Source: Paenibacillus eucommiae
Lineage (GTDB): Bacteria; Bacillota; Bacilli; Paenibacillales; NBRC-103111
Direction of reading: 5' to 3'
Length of the DNA: 53,820 nucleotides
Assembly: GCF_017874215.1 (NCBI RefSeq)
Contig: NZ_JAGGLB010000052.1
Span: 1-53,820 of the forward strand
The notes under the pieces were generated by a model. That model searched no databases and was not told the DNA's origin. It worked only from the letters and a program-made list of their open reading frames with translations. Position numbers and translations under genes: made by a program. Shown piece by piece: positions 1 to 10,100 of this stretch. Position 1 is the stretch's first letter; the number at the start of each line of letters is the position of its first letter.

Positions 1-89
1 TTATCTTTTATTCTTGACGGTTCTTTCTTTTAAAAAACCTTTGCTAGAACCCCTATTTTCATTCTTGGTGGTGACGTCGGCTACGAACG

Positions 90-330
90 TCATGGTTGGT
101 TTTTCATTGTTAAAAGAAGGGTTCCCCGATCAATCAGCCACTTAGCGATGTTTTTCATCGCTAAAAGAAGACAAATGGCTCCTCCGGGTGGAAAAAAGGC
201 ACTTTAACGATGTTTTTCATTGTTAAAGTAAGGTTGTGGCGACGATCCATGCTTTTAGCGATGAAAAACATCGCTAAAACAGCGGCTCTTCCTCCCAGCG
301 CCCGAGCCCACAGCCATTCCCTCCCCTAAC
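90..330. repeat. Palindromic repeat cluster, locus 1 of the window-wide family. Four copies of the ~23-bp palindrome TTAGCGATGTTTTTCATCGCTAA / TTAACGATG(T5/A5)CATCGTTAA, followed by inverted copies of modules D (ctcttcctcccagcgcc) and A (cccacagccattcc).
   Basis: Palindrome copies read directly at ~96-116, 141-166, 203-227 and 253-279 (the last in A-run orientation). Positions 281-327 match the reverse complement of the modules seen at 33036-33150 and 16136-16180. Confidence 0.8.
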
Positions 331-384
331 GACTCCAAGTTTCGATTACACTCATCAAAGGACGCCGCTGGGCATTTTTCTCAT

Positions 385-984
385 TTACTTTTTCACAAGC
401 AGCATTTGGATCGCTTTCTCCGGAGTTACCGCGGTAATTTCCTGAATGCCCGGTATATCATGGAGCGAGAGCCCTTCCATTAACGCCACATAAATCAGCG
501 CCAGCTCCCTGCTGTCTCCGGGCATAAAGATCCCCTCCCGCTGCCCTTCGGCAATGATTTCCGCCATCGGCCCCAGGTTATCTTGAAACCTGCCGGTTAC
601 TGCTTGCTTCACCTGCTCCGGTATCGTTTCGGATGTGCGGGCATGCTGCAAAATGATCGTATGCGCCCAGCCATTCTTATTATTCAGCCACTGCTCCGTA
701 TACCAGTATAGCTTTTGCAAAGGAGGCAGCGTCTTCTGCTGCGCTTCCTCCACAAAAGCTCTATACTCTCGCTGCGCAGATTCAACCAAAGCAATAAAAA
801 TCTCATCCTTTGAAGCAAAATACTTATATACGTTCCCGACGCTCAGTCCAGCAGTTGCGGCAATATCGGATATTTTGGTCGCCGAGAGCCCGCGGCGGGC
901 GATTACCTGCATAGCAGCGTCCAAAATTTGAACTTTTCGCTCCATCCTCTGCTTCTGATCTTTCACGGCATTTCTTGGTGACAT
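385..984 (-). CDS. TetR/AcrR family transcriptional regulator
   Basis: 199-aa ORF. N-terminal HTH reads LDAAMQVIARRGLSATKISDIAATAGLSVGNVYKYFASKDEIF, typical of TetR. RBS GGCAGGAGG lies upstream of the ATG at 984. Confidence 0.85.
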   Translation of the reverse strand: MSPRNAVKDQKQRMERKVQILDAAMQVIARRGLSATKISDIAATAGLSVGNVYKYFASKDEIFIALVESAQREYRAFVEEAQQKTLPPLQKLYWYTEQWLNNKNGWAHTIILQHARTSETIPEQVKQAVTGRFQDNLGPMAEIIAEGQREGIFMPGDSRELALIYVALMEGLSLHDIPGIQEITAVTPEKAIQMLLVKK

Positions 985-1110
985 CGTTCTATAAGCCTCC
1001 TGCCCAGTAGTGATACACTAAAGATAGCACAGTTGGCTGGATGAACTCTAGCAGGCTTGCTTGTATGTATATCAGGTATTGGATAAAAATTATGTCAAGC
1101 TTCGAAAGCG

Positions 1111-1180
1111 TCAGTAGCACCAGTTAGCATCAGTTAGCATCAGTTAGCATCAGTCAGCATCAGTCAGCATCAGTCAGCCA
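1111..1180. repeat. Perfect 10-bp tandem repeat array: (CAGTTAGCAT)x3 then (CAGTCAGCAT)x3, with degenerate flanking units, about 7 units in all.
   Basis: Read directly. The units sit in register with the 10-nt sequence blocks. The array lies between the 3' end of the 1201..1413 ORF and the promoter region of the TetR gene. Confidence 0.9.
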
Positions 1181-1200
1181 CCGGAGCGCCACAGATCGCA

Positions 1201-1413
1201 TTAAGCCTCCGCCTGTTGGTTCTCTATTGAAACCGATAAAACCGACTCCATTTCCTCTTGCTTTTTTCCTGGTTTAAAGTGATAGTAATTGTAGTGATAA
1301 TGCTTTTTACATAATCCCTTTGCATAATGAAACCCGCTGCAGCCTTCCAGACTGCATATTTTTCTGACCCCTCGTTTTCTTCCCATGCCCTTGAATACCT
1401 CCCATAGGTTCAC
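1201..1413 (-). CDS. Small Cys/His-rich protein (70 aa) with a CxxxGC...GLCxxHY zinc-ribbon-like motif. Hypothetical.
   Basis: The ORF reads CSLEGCSGFHYAKGLCKKHYHY. This resembles the CxxxGC..GLCxxHYxR motif of small HNH/zinc-ribbon phage-like proteins. No strong RBS was checked. Confidence 0.4.
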   Translation of the reverse strand: MNLWEVFKGMGRKRGVRKICSLEGCSGFHYAKGLCKKHYHYNYYHFKPGKKQEEMESVLSVSIENQQAEA

Positions 1414-1535
1414 ATTTTTTAAACTTCAAAATTCTCCACTGATTTCAATATGAAAATAGTAACAGACTCACATGAACAAATAATGAACAACTTTATATAT
1501 GCTATATACTTGCAGTCCATAGTGGAGGTGAACCC

Positions 1536-2537
1536 ATGATAGTTTTGGAAAATGTTAGCAAAAAATTCAAAGTATCTCAAAGGAAAAAGGGGCTTTTCAA
1601 TTTTTTGATGAGCGCTGTAAACCCTAAATACTCGACTAAGCTTGCCGTAGATAACTTGAATTTTTCCATAGCTCCCGGTGAAATTGTAGGTTATATCGGT
1701 CCAAACGGAGCAGGCAAATCAACGACCATTAAAATGCTATGCGGGATTCTCACTCCTTCTGAGGGCAAAGTATGGATCAGCGGACTTGATCCGTCGAATG
1801 AGCGAAATCGAAAGAAGGTCACTACACAAATCGGGGTCGTTTTTGGTCAACGGACTCAGCTATGGATGGACCTCCCCCTTGTGGACTCTTTACGCCTGAA
1901 CCAAAAAATATATGGTATTGACGAAAAGGCTTTTCAACAGCAGCTGAAGTTATTTGATGATACTTTGTCTATAGGCAGTTTTCTGCACACACCCGTTCGC
2001 CAACTGAGCTTAGGTCAAAGGATGCGCGGCGACCTGGTGGCCTCACTTTTGCATAGACCGAGTATTTTGTTTCTGGATGAGCCCACAATAGGGCTTGACG
2101 TTCTCGCCAAAGATGCACTTCGAAAAATGATCCGGGAAATTAATCATCAATACGGGGTAACCGTCATCTTAACCACGCATGATATGAGCGATATTGAGGA
2201 GACTTGTAAGCGCATCATTTTAATAGATAACGGAACCCTTCAATTTGACGGATCTTTGGATGATATTAAACAAAAATACGGCAGTCATCGTACGCTTTTT
2301 GTGGAATTTTATCATAAACCGGCACAGCTTCATTTGCCCGAGCTTGAACTCCTAAAAACGGTTGATAACAAATACTGGTACTCCTTTGATTATACAACTT
2401 CCAATCCCTCGGATTTATTAACAAAAATAGCTGCACAAGCCGCTATCAAAGATTTAAGTGTGAATGAAATAAAAGTGGAAGACATTATCCGGCAAATCTA
2501 TTCGGAAAGAAAGCTGATGCGGGAGGGGCTCGGGTGA
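1536..2537 (+). CDS. ABC transporter ATP-binding protein (COG4586-like, ABC-2 type)
   Basis: Walker A GPNGAGKST, signature LSLGQRMR and Walker B LFLDEPTIGLD are all present. RBS GGAGGTG precedes the ATG. Confidence 0.9.
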   Translation: MIVLENVSKKFKVSQRKKGLFNFLMSAVNPKYSTKLAVDNLNFSIAPGEIVGYIGPNGAGKSTTIKMLCGILTPSEGKVWISGLDPSNERNRKKVTTQIGVVFGQRTQLWMDLPLVDSLRLNQKIYGIDEKAFQQQLKLFDDTLSIGSFLHTPVRQLSLGQRMRGDLVASLLHRPSILFLDEPTIGLDVLAKDALRKMIREINHQYGVTVILTTHDMSDIEETCKRIILIDNGTLQFDGSLDDIKQKYGSHRTLFVEFYHKPAQLHLPELELLKTVDNKYWYSFDYTTSNPSDLLTKIAAQAAIKDLSVNEIKVEDIIRQIYSERKLMREGLG

Positions 2538-3451
2538 AGTTCCTTTATGTGTTTTATTTATCCTTCAAATCCCAAACCATCTATTTAGCTCATGTATACA
2601 TGTCCATTATGTTTGCACTAACACAGGTTGTCGTTCTGTTTTTTTTCTGGAAAGCCGTGTACACAGGCCGTACTCTCATCGACACCTACACCTTCCAGGA
2701 TATGATAACGTATATTTTAATGGCTCAAATTATTGATTTACTTATTTTTTTCTCAATTGAACGATACATAAGCTCACAGCTGGCAGATGGAAGCATCGGT
2801 GTTAGATTGCATAAACCCATCAGCTTTCCTGTCTATGTGATGTTTGATCAAATGGGCCATACTGGCTTTCGTATCATGACTTCCGTTTTACCGATGTTTT
2901 TCATCGTCCTTTTCTTTTTCGACGTCCATATTTCACTTACCTTTATTGAAAGCCTGGTGTTCATCTTTAGCTTGATTGCGTCTTGGATACTCCTCTATTG
3001 CATTCAGTTTATTTTTGGACTTTTTGTTTTTTTTACAATGGCAGATGGCGGTATACGGGGCTTGAGGGTAACCTTGGTGCGGCTGCTCTCAGGCTCCTTG
3101 GTCCCTTTATCGATGTATCCAGACTGGCTGCAGCTCGTAGTGATGAATATACCGTTGAAGTTGATCTATTTTGTACCCTTGTCGATTTTAACAGGTAAGC
3201 ATACATCCGATTTCGCCAATAAATATGATGTAATCCATCAAATACTTATCAAACTGGGGATGCCTTCATTAATGGCCATTACGGTCGAAATTATAGTATG
3301 GTTGGCCGTCTTTCTTCTGAGTGTGAACTATTTGTGGAACCAAACAAAACGCGATGTAGTTATCCAAGGGGGTAAAGATTTTGAAAACCCTGCAACTTTT
3401 TTATCAATATCAAAGGCTGCATTATGCGAAGTGGGGACAGTATACGAGTAA
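2534..3451 (+). CDS. ABC-2 family transporter permease (COG4587-like)
   Basis: 305-aa polytopic hydrophobic protein. GTG start overlaps the ATPase stop (GTGA), with RBS GGGAGGGG upstream. Confidence 0.75.
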   Translation: MKFLYVFYLSFKSQTIYLAHVYMSIMFALTQVVVLFFFWKAVYTGRTLIDTYTFQDMITYILMAQIIDLLIFFSIERYISSQLADGSIGVRLHKPISFPVYVMFDQMGHTGFRIMTSVLPMFFIVLFFFDVHISLTFIESLVFIFSLIASWILLYCIQFIFGLFVFFTMADGGIRGLRVTLVRLLSGSLVPLSMYPDWLQLVVMNIPLKLIYFVPLSILTGKHTSDFANKYDVIHQILIKLGMPSLMAITVEIIVWLAVFLLSVNYLWNQTKRDVVIQGGKDFENPATFLSISKAALCEVGTVYE

Positions 3452-4160
3452 TTTTGTAATCGAGGCATTGACATCATTGTTAGAGCTCACGATCGGTCTT
3501 TTAACTTTAAGTATTGTGTTTTCGAAAATTAACCTGTTAGGCGGCTGGTCACTCCCAGAGATGCTATTGCTCTATGCAACCTGGATTCTTGGGCTTTCTT
3601 TCTATCACACCTTCGGTCAAAATATTGCCGAGCTATCCAATTATATTCGTACTGGTGCCTTCGATCTAATATTGATGAAACCTGTCCACCCCTTATTCCA
3701 TATGGTCTGTCTGGGATTAAATACGAAGGAATTAAGCCGAATGGCGTATGGCATCGTTATCCTTATTGTGGCGGTGAATATCGGAAATTTCCCGGTCGAA
3801 CCCTACACATGGTTCATTTACATCCTGATGGTGCTATTCTGCAACCTGCTAAATTTCGCGCTCTATGCGACAGCTGTGAGTGTGTGCTTTTGGCTCGGCT
3901 ACCTCCCCTCTCTCTATGGTATTTTGTTCAGCTTCACTAACGTCATGCAATATCCACTCGATATTTATCCAAGTTTGATTCGATTGGTTTTCATTGTTCT
4001 TCCGCTTTCCTTCACAAGTTATTTTCCTGCTATGTATTTACTGGACAAGCATGGAGGATCAATGGGCTTTCTTACGCCTGTAATCGCAATAATCTGGACC
4101 CTGCTTGCTGTAAAACTGTGGAACAAAGGCATCCGGTATTATCAAAGTACTGGGAACTAA
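3381..4160 (+). CDS. ABC-2 family transporter permease (COG3694-like)
   Basis: 259-aa hydrophobic protein. Putative TTG start with RBS GGGGGT. It overlaps the upstream permease by 71 nt, so the start is uncertain. Confidence 0.65.
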   Translation: MKTLQLFYQYQRLHYAKWGQYTSNFVIEALTSLLELTIGLLTLSIVFSKINLLGGWSLPEMLLLYATWILGLSFYHTFGQNIAELSNYIRTGAFDLILMKPVHPLFHMVCLGLNTKELSRMAYGIVILIVAVNIGNFPVEPYTWFIYILMVLFCNLLNFALYATAVSVCFWLGYLPSLYGILFSFTNVMQYPLDIYPSLIRLVFIVLPLSFTSYFPAMYLLDKHGGSMGFLTPVIAIIWTLLAVKLWNKGIRYYQSTGN

Positions 4161-4194
4161 GTTGCACCTACACGGCACCCCAGACAGCGAAAAA

Positions 4195-4280
4195 AGGCTC
4201 CTTAGTGATGAAAAACATCATTAAAGAGCCTGATTCTTTGAAACTTCATCACTTAAGGATGAAAAACATCACTAAAGTAC
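4195..4280. repeat. Palindromic repeat locus 2: two copies (TTAGTGATGAAAAACATCATTAA and TTAAGGATGAAAAACATCACTAA).
   Basis: Read directly at 4201-4225 and 4250-4277, between the convergent permease and topB genes. Confidence 0.8.
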
Positions 4281-4348
4281 GGATTTGTAGCTTGCCAGCG
4301 AATGAATCGGCTCTATAGCGATGAGAGAGCTTAAGAAAGTCAGCTAAG

Positions 4349-6493
4349 CTATTTATCGCCGCCAGACTTGTTTAAAGCAGCTTTAAGCGCGTCGGCCAGG
4401 CTCGAAGTAAGCGGCTCGGCTTCGCTGAATTGTTTGACGAGCTGCGACTGCTCCTTTTTGCTGGCGCGGCTATTTTCTTCATTTAACATCTCAATGACGT
4501 TACAGCGTCTGCACTGGGCATACTTCCCTGCCTTCCCCGTATGCAGCTCCATCTTCTTCATACATTGCGGGCAGCGTTTGTTAATAACCGCAGGCTCGGC
4601 CGAACGCCGGTATTCACATTCGCGATTGGAGCAAACCAGTGTTTTGCCGCGCTTGCTGTTGCGCTCCATCAAGAGATTGCTGCATTCAGGGCACTTGGAA
4701 TGAGTCAGATTATGCGGCTTGTACACAACCTCGCTGATCTTCACTTCACGGACCAGCTGGGCCGCCTGCGCACGAATCCCTTCCATGAATTTGCCACGGT
4801 TCCCCTTGCCGCGGGCGATACGTTCCAGCTCCAGCTCCCACTCAGCTGTCAGCTCAGGCGAACGCAGCTCGTTGGCCGCCAGCTCGATCAGCTGCTTTCC
4901 TTTGCCGGTAGGAACCAGATTCTTTAAGCGCCGCTCAATCGTATCGCTCGACAAGAGCTTCTCGATAATATCAGCACGCGTAGCCGGTGTGCCCAGGTTA
5001 TGCTTCTCCATCTGAGAAAGCAGCGAAGCTTCGGTATAGCGGCTTGGCGGGAGCGTCATCAGCTCCTGCGCCCGGCAGCCTTTGAGCTTTAACAGGTCGC
5101 CTTCCTTCAGCTCGGGCAGCAGTTGCCTCGTTGTCTGACGGTCATCACGATCGACCTCCTCATCCTCATCGGATGACTCCGGAACGCTGCCATAAACCTC
5201 TTTCCAGCCTGCATCCTTCTGCACCCTGCCCTTGGCAAAGAACAGCTCTCCAGCAGCCTTGAGGGTAAGACTTGTTTCTTCATAACGGTACGGAGGATAA
5301 AACAAAGCAATGAAGCGCCTTACTATAAGATCGTACAACTTGCGCTCCTCTACGCTTAATGCATTCAGATTAAGAAATTGCTCTGTAGGAATAATAGCAT
5401 GATGGTCCGTAACCTTCGTATCGTCAACAATTCGCTTCGTGATCGCAAGCGGCTTGCGCAGCAAAGGCTTGGCTAATGCCGCATAGGGACCTACCGAAAC
5501 GCTTTCCAATCGGCTCTTCAGCGTCGAAGCCATATCAGAGGTTAAATGACGCGAATCGGTTCGCGGATAAGTAACGAGCTTATGCTGCTCATAAAGCCGC
5601 TGAAGCACATTGGATGTCTGCTTGGCCGTAAAGCCATGGCGTTTGTTCGCATCCCTTTGAAGCTCAGTCAAATCGTAAGCCAGAGGCTGCGGTTCCATCT
5701 TCTCTGTTTTATTCAGCCTTAAGAGTCTTACATCTGCTGTCTTCACTTTATTCACGATCTCATCTGCTTTATCCTTGGCAAAAAGCCGGCCGTCCTGCTG
5801 CTCTCCGCCGCGCCATTTCGCCTGGAAGGAACCGAGATCAAGCGTAACGTTCCAATAAGCCACAGGCTTAAAATTGGTGATTTCCGACTCCCTGGCCATT
5901 AACGTTGCGAGGGTTGGCGTCTGCACACGACCAGCTGACAGCTGCGCGTCATACTTGCAGGTTAACGCACGTGTGACGTTAAGTCCGATTAACCAGTCGG
6001 CTTCCGCGCGGCACACAGCTGAAGCGTACAAGTTATCGTATTCCCTGCCTGGTCTCAGCTTGGAAAACCCTTCACGAATCGCCTTGTCCGTCTGCGAAGA
6101 AATCCACAAACGCTTAAAAGGCTTCCGCCAATGCGCCATTTCCATAATCCAGCGGGCTACTAGTTCGCCTTCGCGTCCAGCATCCGTAGCCACGATCAAC
6201 TCGCCAAGATCACTGCGTTTGCAAAGCTGGGCTATCGCTTTATATTGGTGCGATGTTTCCTTAATGATTTTCAGCTTCATCGTTGGCGGCAGCAGAGGAA
6301 GATCCTCAAGCCTCCACGTTTTGTACTTATTATCATAATCTTCGGGTTCAGCCAGCTCAACAAGATGGCCCAGCGCCCAGGTAACCACATAATTAGGCCC
6401 TTCAAAAAAGCTTTTCTGTCTCTGTCCACAGCCAAGCACACGGGCAATTTCCTTCGCCACACTCGGCTTTTCACATAATACTAATGATTTCAT
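4349..6493 (-). CDS. topB: DNA topoisomerase III
   Basis: 714 aa. N-terminal Toprim region reads MKSLVLCEKPSVAKEIARVLG...YVVTWALGHLVEL, followed by a topoisomerase IA core and C-terminal Cys-rich zinc ribbons (CPECSN...CSNREC...CPQC...CRRC). RBS GGGGAGA. Confidence 0.9.
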   Translation of the reverse strand: MKSLVLCEKPSVAKEIARVLGCGQRQKSFFEGPNYVVTWALGHLVELAEPEDYDNKYKTWRLEDLPLLPPTMKLKIIKETSHQYKAIAQLCKRSDLGELIVATDAGREGELVARWIMEMAHWRKPFKRLWISSQTDKAIREGFSKLRPGREYDNLYASAVCRAEADWLIGLNVTRALTCKYDAQLSAGRVQTPTLATLMARESEITNFKPVAYWNVTLDLGSFQAKWRGGEQQDGRLFAKDKADEIVNKVKTADVRLLRLNKTEKMEPQPLAYDLTELQRDANKRHGFTAKQTSNVLQRLYEQHKLVTYPRTDSRHLTSDMASTLKSRLESVSVGPYAALAKPLLRKPLAITKRIVDDTKVTDHHAIIPTEQFLNLNALSVEERKLYDLIVRRFIALFYPPYRYEETSLTLKAAGELFFAKGRVQKDAGWKEVYGSVPESSDEDEEVDRDDRQTTRQLLPELKEGDLLKLKGCRAQELMTLPPSRYTEASLLSQMEKHNLGTPATRADIIEKLLSSDTIERRLKNLVPTGKGKQLIELAANELRSPELTAEWELELERIARGKGNRGKFMEGIRAQAAQLVREVKISEVVYKPHNLTHSKCPECSNLLMERNSKRGKTLVCSNRECEYRRSAEPAVINKRCPQCMKKMELHTGKAGKYAQCRRCNVIEMLNEENSRASKKEQSQLVKQFSEAEPLTSSLADALKAALNKSGGDK

Positions 6494-6617
6494 TCGATCT
6501 CCCCAATATGTATAAGATTTCTTTTTATTATACCATTCCTGGGAAAAGAATCACCTTCCTTCAGAGCCTTAGCTTGAAATGCAACATTTTGTTCACTTTT
6601 TGACAGATGTTATGCCT

Positions 6618-6692
6618 TGACTTTGCAGACTTGAATGGATATAGTTTCATTATGAAACAATTCATCTATGAAACTTTACAGCAGTGAAACTG
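6618..6692 (+). promoter_or_regulatory. Candidate sigma-A promoter (TTGACT-17-TATAGT) overlapping a perfect inverted repeat GTTTCATtATGAAAC, plus two further TGAAAC half-sites. Putative MarR autoregulatory operator.
   Basis: -35 ttgact at 6618-6623 and -10 tatagt at 6641-6646 with 17-bp spacing. Palindrome at 6644-6658. Extra tgaaac motifs at ~6669 and ~6686. Located just upstream of the marR-MMPL operon. Confidence 0.5.
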
Positions 6693-6730
6693 TATCACAA
6701 TCAAACTTATAAACAGAAATGGAGGAAATC

Positions 6731-7171
6731 ATGAAAAAAGAGCTGCTTAAAGACATTATTTCCCGCTACGAAGCTGCATCTTTTGCCGTCGACCGTAAAT
6801 TGAATGCCATTATTAAAGATCGCATGCCTGAGGAGCTTACCGTCGATCAGTTTTCAACGATCCGGTACATCCGTAAGCGCGGCAAATGCACATCATCTGA
6901 GCTCTCAGACAGTTTTTGTGTAGGTAAAAGCTCGATCACAGCCATTATTACGCGCCTCTTCGATAAAGAGCTCCTGGAACGGATGCCTGACGAAAAGGAC
7001 AGACGGGTCACTTACCTGTCGCTAACTGTAAAGGGTGCGCAGCTTGCAGACGAAATGGAAGAGAAGATTCAGGTGCTGCTCGCCTCCTATATCAAGCATT
7101 TTGATGAGCAGGAAGCCATACAATTTATCGAAACCTACGAAAAGCTGGCTAGTGTACTTAGTAAGCCGTAA
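6731..7171 (+). CDS. MarR family transcriptional regulator
   Basis: The segment LTVDQFSTIRYIRKRGKCTSSELSDSFCVGKSSITAIITRLFDKELLERMPDEKDRR is a typical MarR wHTH. The ATG at 6731 with RBS GGAGG is preferred over the ORF-track start at 6719. Confidence 0.85.
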   Translation: MKKELLKDIISRYEAASFAVDRKLNAIIKDRMPEELTVDQFSTIRYIRKRGKCTSSELSDSFCVGKSSITAIITRLFDKELLERMPDEKDRRVTYLSLTVKGAQLADEMEEKIQVLLASYIKHFDEQEAIQFIETYEKLASVLSKP

Positions 7172-7194
7172 GAGAGGAGAACAAGTGGGACCTA

Positions 7195-10100
7195 ATGAGA
7201 ACTGTACTAAAATTTAAATGGCTGATCCTTGCTGTATGGATAGCCGCTGCTGTGGGGATGTTTCTGTCAGCACCTAACATGGAGGAACTAGTCCGTGATA
7301 AAGGTCAGGTTAATGTGCCGGATGGCTATTCCTCGACCAACGCGGCACAAATGCTCGCAGATATGCAGGCAAATCAGACGGAGGGTAACGCCGGTGTAGC
7401 GACCGTACTGGTCTTTCATAACGATAGTGGCCTCTCCTCCGCTGATATACAGCAGGTTCAAACTGCTATTACGAAGCTTGAAGATAATAAGGAGAATTAC
7501 GGAATTAACTCCGTGACCTCTCATTTCGACAACAAAGAGCTTGAAAAGCAAATGGTTGCCAAGGACGGAAAAACGATATTGGCACTTATCGATGTCGCCA
7601 GTGACGGCCGTACTCCGGGAGAAATGAGTGACACGCTCTATGAAGCTATCTCTGATGTATCAGTGGAGCATTACTACACAGGTAACTGGCTGATTTCGGA
7701 AGACGTCGTACAGAGCTCGCAGGAAGGCCTGAAAAAAACGGAATTTATTACCCTCATCTTTATTATGGGAATCTTATTCCTGGTGTTCCGCTCAGCGGTT
7801 GCTCCCTTTATTCCTCTACTGACTGTGGGATTCAGTTACCTGGTCTCCCAATCGGTGGTCGCCTTTTTAGTTGAATATATGGACTTTCCGCTTTCCAATT
7901 TCACACAGATCTTTATGGTTGCCGTGCTGTTTGGAATCGGAACCGACTATTGTATTTTGTTAATCAGCCGTTATAAGGAAGAGCTCGCACATTCGGACAA
8001 TCGGACAGAAGCCATTGTGACTACTTACCGGACAGCCGGGAAAACGGTGCTTTACTCCGGGCTAGCCGTTCTGGTCGGGTTCTCCTCCATCGGTTTCTCC
8101 ACCTTTATGCTGTATCGTTCGGCAGTCGCGGTAGCCGTTGGCGTCGCCGTCATGCTCATCGCCTTATTCACGATCGTGCCGTTCTTCATGTCCGTTCTGG
8201 GCAAAAAGATTTTCTGGCCTTCCAAAGGAAAGCTGGAGCATAAGCCAAGCAAGCTGTGGGGAGCGGTCGGCAAGTTTTCCTTGAAGCGTCCGCTGTGGGC
8301 TCTGCTCATTCTGGCTGTAGTCACCGTGCCTTTCCTGGTTGCCTATCAAGGTAAAACCTCCTTCAATTCCTTGGATGAAATCGGTGATAAATATAAATCT
8401 GTCAAGGCCTTTAATGTGATCTCGGACAGCTTCGGACCTGGAGATTCACTGCCTTCGACTGTGGTTGTGAAGTCCGGCAAGCCGCTGGATTCGGCGGAAG
8501 GACTTGCTGCGGTAGAGCAGATCAGCCGTGAGCTGGCAAAAGTCGATGGCGTAAAAACAGTTCGAAGTGCTACCCGCCCTGCTGGCGACACTCTCGATGA
8601 TCTTCAAGTGACAGATCAGGTTACCAAACTTAGCACAGGCATCGGGCAAAGCGGAGATGGCCTCGGCGAAATTGGCAAGGGCTTATCTGATGCCAGCAGC
8701 GCCTTGAACGAAAATGCGCCTAAATTAAATCAGGCTGTAAGCGGCGTGGATGATCTCATCAGCGGTACCGAGGGTCTTAAGGCCGGTATCGTTCAGCTCG
8801 GCGATGGTCTAAGGCAGCTCCAGACTGGACTGCGCAGCGGCACAACGGGAGCGGGCGAGCTAAAAGCCGGCTTGGCTCAGGCCCAGGCAAGTGCGGAGAA
8901 GCTTAGCGCAGCAAGCAAAGAGCTGCTCGGCGGATACAAGGAAATGGGCACTGGCCTTGGCCAGCTGGCAAAAGGCTACGGCGATATAACCGGACAGCAG
9001 GCAGCTCTTGCCCAAAGTCTCTCCGATCTTGGCCAAGGGCTCCAAGGACTGCTGCAAAAGTATCCGGACCTGCAAAATGATGCTGACTTTCAGCGTGCTC
9101 AAGGAACAGTTACGGAGCTTGAATCCAGCGCTTCGCAGGTGAATGACGGACTCAAGCAGCTGAATGCCCAGCTTTCCGGTATCGCTGGTGGTATTGGACA
9201 AGCGAATTCAGCCTTCCAGCAGGCAGCCGAAGGTCAGGCAGCTTTGGCGCAAGGACTTGCCGGACTTGTTGATGGCATTGCTCAGCTTCAGTCAGGCATC
9301 GCCCAAGCCGCTGAAGGGCAAGGCCAGATTGTAACGAAGCTGCCAAGCATTACCCAAGGGTTTGACCAGCTGACGGACGGACAAAAAGAGCTGCAATCCG
9401 GCTTCTCCCAATTGAATGCGCAGCTTGGAGAGCTGACGGACGGATTGGATAAAAGCGTTGACGGCCTGTCGCAGGTATCGGGAGGTCTCGCAACAGCTCA
9501 AGACTTCCTGAAGGAGCTATCCAATGCACCAGACAAGCAATTGACAGGCTGGTACATTCCACAAGAGGCTATTGCAAATGAGCAATTCCAGACTGCACTT
9601 GATATTTATTTGTCAACGGACCGGAAAACGGCCAAATTCGACATCATATTTAGCGGCAACCCTTATGAAATCGAGACACTGGAAAAAATAAACGATTTGG
9701 AAGCCGCAGCTGTGCGGGCACTTAAAGGCACATCCTATCAAGACACCGTTGTAGCAATAGATGGAGTCTCAAGTATGAATAACGATCTTCGGGACATCTC
9801 TGCGGAGGACTACTCCCGTACCATGATGCTCATGATTATCGGAATCGGACTCATTCTTATTATTATGTTCCGCTCCATCGTCATCCCGGTTTATCTGATT
9901 TTGTCATTGATGCTTACGTTCTACACTTCAATGGCTATTACTGAATTGATTTTCGTCCGCATGATCGGACTCTCGGGCATAAGCTGGGCCGTACCGTTCT
10001 TCGGATTTGTTATGCTGATGGCGCTTGGTATCGACTATAGCATTTTCCTTATGGACCGCTTTAAAGAATTTAAGCATCTTTCCCCTCAGGAAGGCATTCT

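Noticed and set aside
4368-6478. Several plus-strand ORFs (4368..4703, 4541..4927, 4719..5015, 5874..6338, 6245..6478) inside the topB region
   Set aside because: They are antisense to a well-supported 714-aa topoisomerase III gene. They have no domain signatures and their composition is typical of reverse-frame ORFs in GC-rich coding DNA.
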